64,000 bases of DNA from Massalongia carnosa (lineage: Eukaryota), in contig OZ287070.1 in assembly GCA_965645245.1 (NCBI GenBank), forward strand, positions 2,976,001-3,040,000. The letters run 5' to 3'. Positions 34,687 through 47,160 of the stretch are shown here, one piece after another. A model generated the notes under the pieces. It saw nothing but the letters and a program-made list of their open reading frames with translations. It was not told the DNA's origin and did not search any database. The translations under genes and the position numbers were made by a program. The number at the start of each line of letters is the position of its first letter. Positions within the stretch are counted from its first letter, which is position 1.

Positions 34687-37600
34687 CAGTGTTCGCAATG
34701 GAGTGATTCTTAATGGATATCCACTCCATTTAATCCACTCCAATCCACTCCAAAGGTTTTTTTTTTTAAATGGAGTCCATCCAATAAGGTTTTAGGCTTA
34801 ATGGAGTCACTCCAATAAGGATTTATCTAATGGAGTGGACTCCATGGAGTCCAATGGATTAGGGCCTAAAAATAGGTGGTGTTTTAGGTATAGCTCCAGG
34901 GGCCTTAAAGCTATGGTAATTCCCACATTTTAAGTGATATTTCACTTGTTTTACTGCTTTTATTCGTGTCAACCTACAAATATCACTTGCTATGGACTGA
35001 ATTTGCTTCTATTTAAACTAGAAACCACCAAAATCCGTCCCGAACCGTACTTGCATTGATGTCTGATATTAGTGACGATACAACTACAACCCGCCCCGAC
35101 CCTGGCGAGACAGAGTCAGTATTTGAGCTTCCTGGAGCATGTGATATCGACGTTCCTGAACGTATTACGCGTGGCAGAAAGCGTACGGTTGGTTCAGCAG
35201 AGCTTGGGAATGAAGCTTCAAGAGTATTGATCCATATCCTTTATTTAATCAAGCTTATATATTAATATATGGCAGAGGTCTCCACCCCAGTCAGCCCTGA
35301 GCTTTTCTCGACGTTCCCCTGCACCCTCCACGACTTCCCAAGCTACGGAACGTCCCCATATCATCCTGAGCGGCACTATATACTCTGAGAACGACAGGAA
35401 CGCTCCTGGTAACCATTCCAGCAGCCCTTCTAGGCCGTCACCTATAACCTCTATTGAAGGCAGGGTTATTGGTGGCCGGTTTTCGTCTCCTACAAGTGGA
35501 ATAGCTTCAAATAGAGCTAGAGCGAGCCGTAGTTGGATATGGGATTGGGGCACCAAGGCAGAGAGGGAGGGCAAGGCCTATTGGGTGTGTAACAAATGTA
35601 AAGTACCAGATTTATACTTATTTGCCATGTTTGCTATGAAAATTTGTATAGAACTCAGTGTAATTCCGCCCATTTTATATGTACCGAACCATCGAGTTGT
35701 CATTTTGACATGTACTATACATTTGTCCAATATCTATTTAATTTATATTAACGATTATTAAAGCTAATTAACTACAGGTGTTGCAGACGGTTCTAATACT
35801 GAGTATATGATCACAAACGGCACTGCTTCATGTGGAGAGCACTTACGAAAGGACCATAATCTTGTTCCACCTAAGGAAGCAGCTGCTAGGGCATCTATCT
35901 CTGTTGTTGAACATCTTCAACAAGGGGTAGTAGTTGCTCCTTTTAGTCCAGAAGTCTTTCGACAAAAGCTCTTACGATTTCTTTGTATTTGTCATATTCC
36001 TTTTGCCATTGTAGAGCAGCGTGCTTTTCGAGACCTGCTTTTATATTCAAGTCCGTATTTACGAGGCAATGATACACTCCCCAAGTCGGGCAATTCCATT
36101 AAAGCTGCACTATTAGAGATATTTCTAGCTTGTCAACTTGTATTGATTCAGTTATTAGTGGAAAGCAACTGCCAAGTCCATATATCCTTTGACTTATGGT
36201 CGTCTCCTAATAATTTCTCTATGTAGGTCTTTGCTGTCACTTTATTGATCGTTCCTGGCAAGCACGTACAGTGATTTTTGGCATGAAGCGTCTTATTGGA
36301 CCCCATAGTGGAGAGAATATGTCAAAATTAATAGTCAAGGCCCTTGAAGTTTATAAACTAGGGGGTAGGCTCGGCTACTGTGTTTTGGATAATGCCGGTG
36401 ATAATGACACTTGCTTGAGAGCAGTCGAGGAACATCTCCTTTTGCAGGGAGTTAGGTGGGACGCTGATACTCACCGACTACGTTGTTTCGGCCATATCGT
36501 TAATCTCGTGGCAACTGCATTCTTAGAGAACAAACCTACGAAGCAAGCGCGTCAACGACTCCCAGGGGAGCCCAAGGCAGTCTGGAAACGTCCAATAGAT
36601 GCTATTACGAAGCTTCATGTGATTATTGTCTTTATAATGGCCACCGCTCAAAGGATCGAGCAGTTTGAAGGGATTAATAAGACGATTCAAGACCCTCTCT
36701 TGCATCCAATTAAAGAGCAAATCACTAGATGGTTTTCAACTCTTAATATGCTTCGACGGGCCATTCAAATCAAAGACTCTCTTGATCTATTCGTCCATCG
36801 TAACTCTGAGCAATCATTTACTGAGAAGACTCTTTTTGATTCGCAAATGACGGTTGACGATTGGAACTACGCCAAGGAAGTGATTGCTTTTATGGAACCA
36901 CTCGAAGAGCTTATGATGAGTTTACAAGGAAGAGAGATGTCTGGTATATTATATAAGCTTTAAATAACTCGATAATCACTAAGCTTTTAATAGGAAATAA
37001 TGGTTACGCTCACCAAGTGCTCCCTTCATATGATTTAATAAAAAAGGGGATGGAAGAGCAGCTATTTGGCTTTGAGCTTGATGAAGTCGATCAGTCAAAC
37101 CCACAGGAACTAGCTAGTAAACGACTGGAACTGAACATTATTAACGCCATGCAAAAGCTAGAGAAATACCGTCAACTACTCACTTCCCCTATTTATTTAG
37201 TGGCCGTCGTCCTGATGCCCTGGTATAAGTGGACTTATTTTGAGGATAGTATGAGTGCTAGTGACCTTGCTCAAGCTCGTACGAAGGTCCAAAAACTTTG
37301 GCAAGACTTATATGCAAATATAGAGGTTGCTGAAGATGATACACCATCACCTGGAGGTCAAAATAATAAGGTATATTAACACTTATTAATATAAAAACAC
37401 GGCTAACTATATTTGTAGCACGCTAAGCCCTCCCTTTTGAAGGAACACCTTAAAAGGAGTACAAACAAAGCTAAATCCACTGTCAGAGATGAATATAGAC
37501 GGTACTGTAATACAGAACCAGTTGATGAAGATGGTTGCGGGTTCTCTGGCCACTTAGAATGGTGGAAAGCTCACGAGCCTCACTATCCTAGACTAGCTCA

Positions 37601-38495
37601 AATGGCCAGGGATATATTCTCTGTGGCTGGCATGAGTGCAGAGGTCGAACGCTTGTTCTCTTCGTCCAAATTGATGATTCCAGATCATAGGAATCGTCTA
37701 AAACCCGACTTTCTTGAGGCAGGAGAGTGTATTATAAGCTGGGCCATGGGTGGGCTAGTTCTAGGAGACTATTTCGAGTACTTACCAGCGTACCAGAAGG
37801 CAGGAGAGAAGTTCGGGGATCAAGGGAACCCATAGGAGGTGGGATGAGTGCATGGTTGCCAAGGGGACTAGAAGTTGATATTTGCTATGTTTGATGGCAA
37901 ATTTGGCATTGCTGGAAAGGTTCTTTTAGGTATCTTTTGACTTTTTCCTAGTTAATTTTAGTTGAAAGGTTCAAAAACTACTTTGAGTTCGTGGAGAACA
38001 AATGCAAAAACACTCCTTCCTCATCACTTCAACATCGCAACCTCAATCTACCACCTATATTTCAGACTCTACCCCCTAGCCGAGGTTTACCGGGCCATGG
38101 AAGGTGCGAAAATCCAGCCAAAATCATCAAAACACAAAGGTCGTTGTCCTCGCTTAGCTGGGTCGTCGTCTCGATTAGGCAATTTATATCTACTACAAAG
38201 TGGTTTTACGCTCGAGGGAGGTTCCGGAAAGGTTTGTACGCACTGCACTTCAGTGGAGTCCATGGAGTCCATGGATTAAATGGATTAAATGGATTTAATC
38301 CAGTGGAGTCCACTGGATTTACTCCACTGGAGATCCATGGACTCCGATCCACTCTATCCATTAAATATATTCCTTAACGGAGTCCAATCCATTAAGGTTT
38401 AATCTTAATGGACTCCAATCCATATAGGTCTAGACTTAATGGATTGGATTGGAGCGCCACTCCAATCCAATCCAGTCACTCCATTGCGAACACTG
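34687..38495 (+). mobile_element. hAT DNA transposon
   Basis: 20-bp TIR CAGTGTTCGCAATGGAGTGA, 8-bp TSD CCCTCAGG, and many subterminal ATGGAGT/ACTCCAT motifs at both ends. Confidence 0.95.
35059..37835 (+). pseudogene. hAT transposase with BED finger and dimerisation domain; five exons, one frameshift
   Basis: Introns ~35224-35275, 35598-35777, 36944-36992 and 37371-37418. CNKC..HLRKDH, SFDLWSS, LDNAGDND, RCFGHIVNL, TRWFST and WWK..YPRLAQMARDIFSV..SAEVERLFS. One base missing near 36223. Confidence 0.88.
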
Positions 38496-39815
38496 CCCTC
38501 AGGATCCATCCACGAACTCGGCGTTCGCTGGATCATCTAGTCAGCCTCGAGCAGCCTTCTAGATCTTCCTTGCAAGGTAGAACAATTCTACCCCCGGCTA
38601 GATCCCTCACTACATGCCTCAGGCTATGTAGCTTCATTTCGCCGTCACCACTACCTAGTGATGGAAGGTTACCTCCGACTGAATACCTCGCTACACTGCG
38701 GACCTGCCTCTAGACACAAGGTCTAGACAACGAGGTCATGTAGGTTCATTCAGCCGACATCACTACCAACGTAGTAATAAAGGTTGAAGCTGAAGTTTAC
38801 ACCGGGGAGCCTAGCTCAAGCTGCGTCCAGCGAGCCGTGCCTCCTGCTACCTCTCTTGAACCATCAAGAGATCCAGTAGCTCCGAGTAGGCCAGTAGATC
38901 CCATATAGAGTTCCTTGGCGTCTCCACAGGAGTCCGCCTTACACTCCATGGCAATCTACCACCACGGCCTCGACAGGTGTTTGATCTGTAAGTAGTCAAG
39001 AACGTGATAACAATAACTCCGAAGTTTCGGGGCAAGATGGCAGTGTGTCAGCCTCGACGGCTTATGCGACTTCGTACTACGGCATGGTCCACGCTAGTTA
39101 ATCCCGCAACCGCCATAGGCGATCACGTATCCCTCTAGCGCCATCCGTATTACAGGGATGTATGCTCGTTCGGAGCTCTTTAGTGCATTGTCCACTATTC
39201 TGAGTCCTTGGGCGACCTTCTCCACCTGTTATTCTTTCATCTTATAGGCTGATATCTCCATTTTGTAGTCCTCTTTTTGCTCAGCCGATAAATCGCCGTA
39301 TTTCTCAGCCGATTTCGTGGCTATTACAACTCCACCTTCTATAATGGGATAAGCAATTCCACCTGCTGGCTGTGCTTGAATAGGGACTTGATATTGTGAA
39401 ACTTCCGGATATTCTCCCTCATCGGGCTCCGGTTTTGAACCATTGGGGTCCACATATTGCCATACCTTCGCTTTCTCGGATATTCTTTGTAATTCCCTAA
39501 TCCATAGATGATAATTCTTGGGAGTTAGGGCGATCATCGTTGCTTTGTTGGTCTCCTCCATTTTGATCGATTTGTTGGATCGTTTTGGGAAGAGGGTTTT
39601 ATTCAACTAGATCAATGAGTAGGAATTGAAGCTTCTATGCTCTCCGGGCTCATAACTATCAAGCTGTATGGGTTAATGTGGAATATGGGTGAAAAGGTGT
39701 AGTGTGTATTGATCTATGGGAGGTCTAGGCTAGCTAACTGAGGGATATCTCATAGGGGTTCGTGGGTCATGTGTCCCATGGCGGGTCATGTGACCCCTAA
39801 TCGCCTGACAGGAGG

Positions 39816-40695
39816 TCTTTTTGACCCCGGACATTTCAGCAAAGCTGTCGCAATAAAGAAGGAGATGAGCTCCCTTGCACATGGGGAGCCACCGCCGTAT
39901 GACGTTCAGAATTGCTGTCATCTCCTTCTCATTGATATGTTTGGCTCTGAGCCTGGTGGTATAACGTTCAGAAAACACTTGCTCAGCGGGCAATTTGTGT
40001 GTGGTCTGACCACCTTAAAGTATGTATGCCCCGATTCCGAAGTCCCCACTCGCATCCGTCCAGAGGCGGAGCAGGGGTCTCGAAGGGCTAATAATGTGTA
40101 TGCCGTTCCATAATGGAAGGAAATGATGCCACCATAAAAGATCAGCTTTTATGTGAGAATTGATATGAATAAATGGGCGCGCGGGCCCGATTTTGCTTTT
40201 GAAAAGGCGTCGGAGAAAGGTTCTTCCCGGTACCACCACTTTGGCTGCAAAGCACAGAAATCCCAGCAGAGTGTCTAGCTCGTTTCTGGTTATCGTGGAT
40301 TTATTCAATGTTGATTGGACGAGATCCTTAGCTTTCTGAAGCTTTTCGGCCGGTAGTCGTGCCTGCATCAGGTGTGTGTCCAGCTCTATGCCCAGGAATT
40401 CGACTACCGTGTCTTGTTTATTTTTCTTTTCGTTAATTTTTAGGCCGAGGTCTGAACAAATTTCGGCAAAGTTCCGATCGAAGGATGCCGCATCGGGAAT
40501 AGCGCGAACGATTCCGAGAAAATCGTCCAAGTAGTGAATAACTTCGCCATTTGTTTTATTAATCATCATCCAGTTCAGACCTTTCGCGAATAAGTCAAAC
40601 AAGAAGGGAGACGTCCTGAGGCCGAATGGAAGAAAGCGTTCTATCCAGTAAACCCCGTTCCAACAAAAACCCAGCAACCACCAATCGCTTTGCGC
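39816..40695 (-). pseudogene. RT and N-terminal RNase H of the YR retrotransposon
   Basis: ORF 40015-40698 motifs plus the shifted continuation 39816-39993. Confidence 0.88.
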
Positions 40696-41608
40696 CACTG
40701 TGTAAGAGTCAGACCTGGCGATTATCAGACACCAGGCCTAGGGATATGTGACAATGTGAAGACACTAATGATTTGCTATACTAATATACTAAAAGAAGTA
40801 TGTAGGTAAAGCGGAAGACTAATCGTTGAAGATTGCATCTCCCTCGAGCAGCCTCCTTATATACCCGGACCGAAGCCCTTGACCCTCTGGGCCCTTGATA
40901 CTGTAACTATCTTGACCGCCCATTACTCCCACCGGATAAGCCGGCTAAACACTCTGCTGACTGCATCGTGGACACTGTGCTGACTGTATCGTAGACACTG
41001 TGCTGACTGTATCGTGGACACTGTGCTGACTGTATCGTACCATCCGCTCACTAATCGTACGAGCATCCTCGTATATCTCGATCGCTCGTACTATACTCTC
41101 GGCAGTAGATACCACCCGCGTAACGCAGACCAACTGCTTTCCATATGACTAAGCCTAGCCGTAGAACTAAGCCCCGCTTAGTTAGCTTAGCCCTTATTCC
41201 TTCTATGCCTTGACAATTGCCTCCTCTCCTATAGTGCTGGTCCTCCAGCACGTACAGTACTCGAACGCGGAAGGGAGTGTGTAGGGACGTGATAGAAGAT
41301 GTCGCGTAGATAGCAAGTTTGTTGTGTAGAAAGCGCGAATACCTGGCGCTTGACGTAGGTAGATGTAAATATCACTAGCTTCTCGGTAATGCTGGGTTGG
41401 TGGTTTGTTGATTTAGGTGAAGACGGTGAGGAGTACGAGACTGCTGTCTCCGAAAGCTCCTCTTGCGAGAGTCTCGAGGAAGAAAAGGGTGATGAGGAGG
41501 TGTCGGACGAGGAAGTAGAAGATACTGATGGTGCTGACGAGGTGCCGGACGAGGAAGCAGAAGGTTCCGATGGTGATGAGATGGCGAATAAAAAGGGTTT
41601 CGCTGGAT

Positions 41609-44600
41609 TCAGCGAGTAACCTGTAGTTTCTTGATTCGCCTGCGCTTTGCTTTCGGCTTTGCATCGAAACCCTGCTTCAGTTCTAAGGCTCCATCCAGAT
41701 CTTTCTCTGGTACCCACTCATCATATTCTTCAGGGTATCCTACCCATTTTATCTTATAGAATATTTCCCCTTTCTCAGACCTTCTACCTATAATTTCTTC
41801 CACTTCCCATTCCTGTTCATCGTTAATAATTTCAGGTGGGGGTAGAAACGGTATATGCTCTTGACCATCTCTTCGCTTGTAAGGTTCTAGGTAAGAGACA
41901 TGAAAGACCGGGTGAATTCTATAAGTCGTAGGAAGAGCAAGACGATACGCCTGCTTGCCGACTGCTTCTAGAATGCGAAAAGGACCTAAAAACTTATGTG
42001 AAAGTTTCTTACTAGGCCTTTTTTGTTTTAGATTCTTGGCAGATAACATTACCAAGTCCCCTTCATTGAAATCTTTCTCAAGATGTTTCCTGTTGTAGTA
42101 CTTGGCCTGCGCTTCGGATACGCTTTTCCAGCGTGCCTCTAAAGAATACCTGAACTCGTGTAATTGCTTTACTCGTTCTTTCGCAGCGGGCACCCTCTCC
42201 ACAGCGATGTCGTCCCCGACTTCGTAGCGAATCTCCGGGTTATAGCCGTACATACAATAAAAGGGGCTGCACCCAAGCGTACTTTGATAACTGACTTAGT
42301 AGACAAATTGTGCTAGGGGCAATAGTGCCACCCAGTTGGATTGATTGTTAGTGCAGTAAACTCTCAAATAGTGTTCAAGGGTCTGGTTTTGTCGTTCGGT
42401 TTGGCCATCAGTTTGAGGGTGAAAGGCCGTGCTAAGCCGGCGTTTCGTCTTTAAATGAAAACAAATTTCTGACCAGTACTCACTGGTAAAGACCGACCCT
42501 CTATCCGATACTATGCCCTCAGGAGCGCCGAACTGTAATACTACCGATTCAAACAGAATTTCTGCAAGGTCCACTGCATTGATTTTTTTCGTAACCGGGA
42601 TGTATAGCGCCATTTTGGTATATCTATCCACAATTACTAGGCACGAGTCATAAACCCGGCCGAAACGCTTGCTAGGTGGAAACCCAGTTATGAAATCCAT
42701 AGTGATTTCTTTCCAAGGACCGGAAGGACGTGGAAGCGATTGCATAACCCCGTAAGGTCGGTGCCTAGGCGCCTTCGTCCTTTGACAAATGTCGCAGGAT
42801 TCCGTGTACTTCTTCACAGTCTTGTTAAGTCCTTTCCAATAGTATTTGCGGGTAAGCAACTCAGCTGTTTTCTCCACACCAAAATGACCCGCGAGCTCGT
42901 CGTCATGATGACGCCGCAACAGCTCCGCACGAATAGATTCTTCATCGGGCACGTAAATTCTGCCACGATGATTGAGAAGATCATTGCTATCTATAGTCCA
43001 AATTGCTTCGGGGGAGCGACCACCCTTGCGCTTCAAAGACTTAGCAACGGTCTCTCGCCTGCTAGACACGAATGCGTCTTTCCCCTGTAGCGCCTTGATG
43101 AGTTCAAGCACTGACTTGGAAGCACTTTCCAAAGGCTTTTCTTCATCTGATAAGGCAACAGCTACAGCCCGGGGAATACATTGCGTCAAGCCGACTTCAA
43201 AAGTATCACTCTCTTCGTCAAGAGAAGTAATTGATTTAGAGGTTTCACCCTCTAAATTCTCCAGGGGTTCAATCCCGGACGAAGCTATCTTTGAGCGAAG
43301 ATCATACCTAAGTGCGGCAAGCACCGTACGAATCCCCGGCGTATAACCTACGCATAAGGAATCTATTTTGCTCAGCTTCTTTTGAAGAGTAGGCAACAAT
43401 CTCGTCACCTCGGTGTTGATGCTCTGATAATCAGGGCGCCTAGACGGTGCATCGGCAGTATTGGTCTTCCCCGAGCGATGCATGATTACGAAATCATAAG
43501 CGGCTAATTTCATAGCCCATCGCGCTTGCCGACCACTCAACACCTTAATATTCATAAAACCCCTCAAATTGTTGTGGTCTGTCAGGACCTCAACGGGGTG
43601 CAGGCTACCCTCCAGGTAATGCCTCCAGTGTTTAAAACACATCACAATGGCCAGCAACTCTTGATCATGGGTTTCATAGTTGCGCTCGGCCGGTATCATC
43701 TTCCGCGAGTAGAAAGCGACGGGATGCCATTGCCCATCCTTCTGCAACTGGGAGATAATGCCAGAGATTCCGAAATCCGATGCATAATTCTCTAGGCGAA
43801 TGAGCAGTTCTGGATCGAAGTGAACCAAGATGGGCGCGCCCTGAAAGGCTTCTTTCAGCTTGCTAAACGCTTCCGCTCCTTCTTCCTTAAGATAAAAAGT
43901 ACCCCTTTTTATCCCAGCCTGCATGCCTTTCAGCATGTCAGTCAATGGCCTAGTGATTTGAGAATAATGACGTATGAAACGTCGATAGAAATTGGCGAAT
44001 CCTAGAAAGACCTGAATGTCTCGAAAGGACTGAAGTGCAGGCCAATCCCGCACGGTTTCAAACCGGCGTGGATCCATGGAGATACCATCGCTGCTAATGA
44101 TAAACCCTAGATATTCCACGGCCGGAGCAAAGAACTCGCACTTTTTAAGATTTGCATAGAGATCGTGTTTCCTTAGACGACGTAACACCTCTTTAACATG
44201 CTCCACATGGCTGGTTCTATCTTTGGAAAATACCAATATATCGTCCAGATAGACTACGCAGAAAACATCCACGATCCCAGATAAAGCTTTATTGATGTAA
44301 GCTTGAAAAGTTGCAGGGGCGTTGGCTAATCCAAAAGGCATAACCATATACTCGTAGTGTCCGTAACGGGATCGAAATGCCGTCTTCCACTCGTCGCCCT
44401 TGCGGATTCGGAGACGATGATAAGCATCTCGCAAATCCATTTTGGTAAAATAGGAACACCCGTTTAACTGATCCAGTATCTGCGTGACAAGAGGGAGCGG
44501 ATGACGATTCTTTTTGGTCACCTTATTCAATCCTCGATAGTCAACGCAGAGGCGCAGAGTACCGTCCTTCTTAGGCACAAATAGTATTGGTGCACCTGCA

Positions 44601-47160
44601 GAACTGGTGGAGTGCCGGATCCAACCCTTCGCCAGGGCGTCGTCAAGATATTCCCGAAGAGTCTTAAGCTCCGTATTCGATAAGTTGTATAAAGGACCAT
44701 AAGGTGGATCACCGCCTTCTAAAGCGATAGCGTGGTCACAGTCCTTGTGCGTAGCTAATTGATTGGCTCTGTCCTTAGAAAAAACATCCTGGAATTCAGC
44801 AAATTCCACAGGTATCGCCTGCGTTTCGTTGGTGTTCCGGCTGTTTTTCTCATCAACAGCGCCAACATTAACAGGTTGTCTTTCGGAAGAAGGTGCAATG
44901 GGTTGAGCCACTAGAAGATTTCCCGAGGAAATGCCGCGCCCGGCGAAATGCCGCACTTTACAGTTCGGCATTAGAATATTGTTTTCGTCGTTAATCAACA
45001 ACTACAATAATTGATGGAATGTGTATTAAATATGGTATAAATAGAAAGTATATACACGATATCCCACCCTAAAAACCTTACATAGCAAAACGCCCCGGGC
45101 GCTGAACCCTTCTTTCAGTCGAGGTAGTTAAAACCACCTCCTCTACCTCTTTAGCGATAATAACACGAGTAGGCGGCTTTACCTTCTTCTTTCGAGTCTT
45201 TTGAACTTTATTAGACCCTGTATACTGCTTCTGCTGCCCGAGCTGTCCCTTAGGATATCTGTTTGCTGCTTTACGTAACTCCTTCTGAGCCTGCTTCTCA
45301 GCGGCTTTTGCTACCTTTGCTTCTGCAGTCAATAACCGCTTCTCTAGAGCGATTGCTACTTTTTCTAGCTTCTCCTATTCTTTCTGTAACCTTTTAGCAG
45401 TAGCTTGTCGTCGCTTCTCGCTAATATCTAGCTGGCGTTGTGCTTCTTCTTCCTCTTTTGCTGCTTGAAATTCCCTGGCAGCCTGTACTCGCCTAGGACT
45501 AAAGAATTGAGGGCCTGAGTCCTCTTCTCCAAGTAAATTAAGCCGTTTACCTCTCTTTCTTCTCTTCTTTTCGTCCTGAAGGGTATTGCAGAGCCCTTTG
45601 ATCACATATGTAGGCTGCAAACGATGCGTAGAGTGCGAAGGTAGAATCAGGAGAAGAATACGTAAGTTATCGCATTTATCGATAAACTTCAGATACACGT
45701 GACTAGAATGACCGTCTACTATCAGTAAACGTCTTCTATTTCCAGCCTTTTGCTTCGTATAAAGCTGAAAAACCTGCTCTAGCCAATTCAGGCCAAGGAT
45801 ATCACAAATCCATCCTTTGGCCGATACTGCAAAGAACGCCGCGTCATTAGGGTTTACATCCTCAACCCATGTATCCTGGAGTATGCCAGAGTCGCCTTTA
45901 TAGATCAAGGCAGGAGGTAAAGCGATTCCGTCGGCCCCGATACAAGCAAGGAGGCTGATAAACTCCTTATTCCCGTCCTGACTTGCATGTGTGATCCGCC
46001 CTGATTCGAGGGCCTCTAGGGACATGATACGTTGCGTAGCGCTTGCCTGGCCAATCACAAAGCCCTTTTCGTCCCAATTGTAAAGGTTTTCCCCCGTGAT
46101 ATTGTATTTTTCGACACCGGCGATTAGCTAATAGAAACATTAGTTATTTTCGATCATAATTAATATTCAACAAATAGGAATGAGTAGTTAACACGTTACC
46201 AAATCGTAGAATTGCTTAACAAAGGCGCATACTCGGATTTTATACGCTAGCTATCTATATTTCGAAGATAAAGACTTTTAAGCCTACCCTTGTATCGGCG
46301 GACAAAATCCCCTGTCCAGTTCTTCCCTACAGGCCCTCCTATCACCTCCTCCGCTGGGTTTCGTACAATTCTGGCGGTTGGGGGCAGTCCACGATCGACA
46401 AGGCGATTGATTTGCTGAATTAAGGCCTCTTCCTGGGTCAAGGTAAGTCGTTGCTTATATTTTGACGCGGCTGCCTCTTAGGACACCGTTTGGCCTTTCC
46501 AGCGCCTCCGGAGGGTACTTTCGACTAGGCTAAACCTTTTAGCTGTCCCCCTAAGGTTAAGCCGATCTTGCTGATTCTGATCAGCAATTGCGAGCTCGAT
46601 ACGAGCGTTGAGGGTGGATTTATTCATGTTTGAAAGTAATGGTTGGAAAGTGAGAAGATGCGGCATTTCCTCGGGTACGGCATTTCCTCGGGAAATCTTC
46701 TATAGCATAGAGTGGTGCCCCGGAATGCAGGGTCTTCGCAAACTGTTTAGGCTTGCACAACTCGAACATATCAGACTGAAAGCCATAACGCCAGCGCTTC
46801 GCTCCATAATCAATTACGATACCCAGCTGTTTGAGGCCAGAGAGACCCAACACCAAGTCAGGGCCCTGTTTGTCAATTGCGTAAAACACGCTGGTAAAGG
46901 TGCGCTGTCGCTGCCAAGTATCCTCGAGAGCCATTACTACCTCATAAGCTCCATAGCAGTAAACCTCTTTACCATCCATGAATTGAGGAGCGGGTAGTTC
47001 GCGTTCAATAGGTCTAAGATCTGAAGCGACGGTGAATCCCTGATTAATCACATTAATCTCGGCTGCTCCATCAAGCAACACTGTCGCCGGGTACTTTTGG
47101 CCTCCACTCGTTATAGTCCCCTCAGGAATTAGGCTTGGCTCGCTTTCTACTGATAGTTTC
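41609..47160 (-). pseudogene. Gypsy pol (PR, RT, RH, INT, chromodomain), interrupted
   Basis: LLDGAAE, VYLDD, HPQTDGQTER and EWEVEEI..KWVGYP. Pogo insertion at 44914-46700 and stop at 42296. Confidence 0.92.
44914..46700 (-). mobile_element. pogo/Fot1-like DNA transposon, internally deleted
   Basis: 42-bp TIR GAAGATTTCCCGAGGAAATGCCG.. and TA TSD. Transposase LYNWDEKG and LIVDGHSSH; jumps from HRLQP to the C-terminal KKRRKRG region near 45610. Confidence 0.92.

Larger units (their letters stand above)
34309..39154 (+). mobile_element. Solo LTR family A interrupted by a hAT element
   Basis: GGGAT TSD (34304-34308, 39155-39159). Nearly identical to 15146-16175 once 34687-38495 is removed. Confidence 0.92.
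29656..39810 (-). mobile_element. Ty1/Copia retrotransposon, degenerate, with nested LTR-A and hAT
   Basis: 154-bp LTRs at 29656-29809 and 39657-39810 (about 7 mismatches). GGAGG TSD and PBS GTTATGAGCCCGG. Gag from ~39560; PR/INT 33659-32187; RT 31982-30621; RH 30608-29907. Confidence 0.93.
28040..40700 (-). mobile_element. Tyrosine-recombinase retrotransposon (DIRS/Ngaro-like), 5'-truncated and interrupted
   Basis: RT (LPFGLRTSP, HYLDDFL) and RNase H (WTDASG, INEKEM, YCD, ENFLADWLSR) followed by an overlapping YR ORF. RNase H rejoins across the GGAGG TSD of the inserted Copia. Confidence 0.88.

Noticed and set aside
37962..38713. Short ORFs in the hAT right end and LTR-A
   Set aside because: They arise from subterminal repeats and junction-spanning frames, with no domain motifs.
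40950..41040. CRISPR-like array
   Set aside because: Contiguous 23-bp tandem units without unique spacers, inside a eukaryotic LTR. The same applies to 4682-4825 and 51300-51427.
44914..45001. N-terminus of the 901-aa ORF 42296-45001 as the true pol start
   Set aside because: The first ~30 codons come from the inserted pogo end; pol really continues from 46701 upward.
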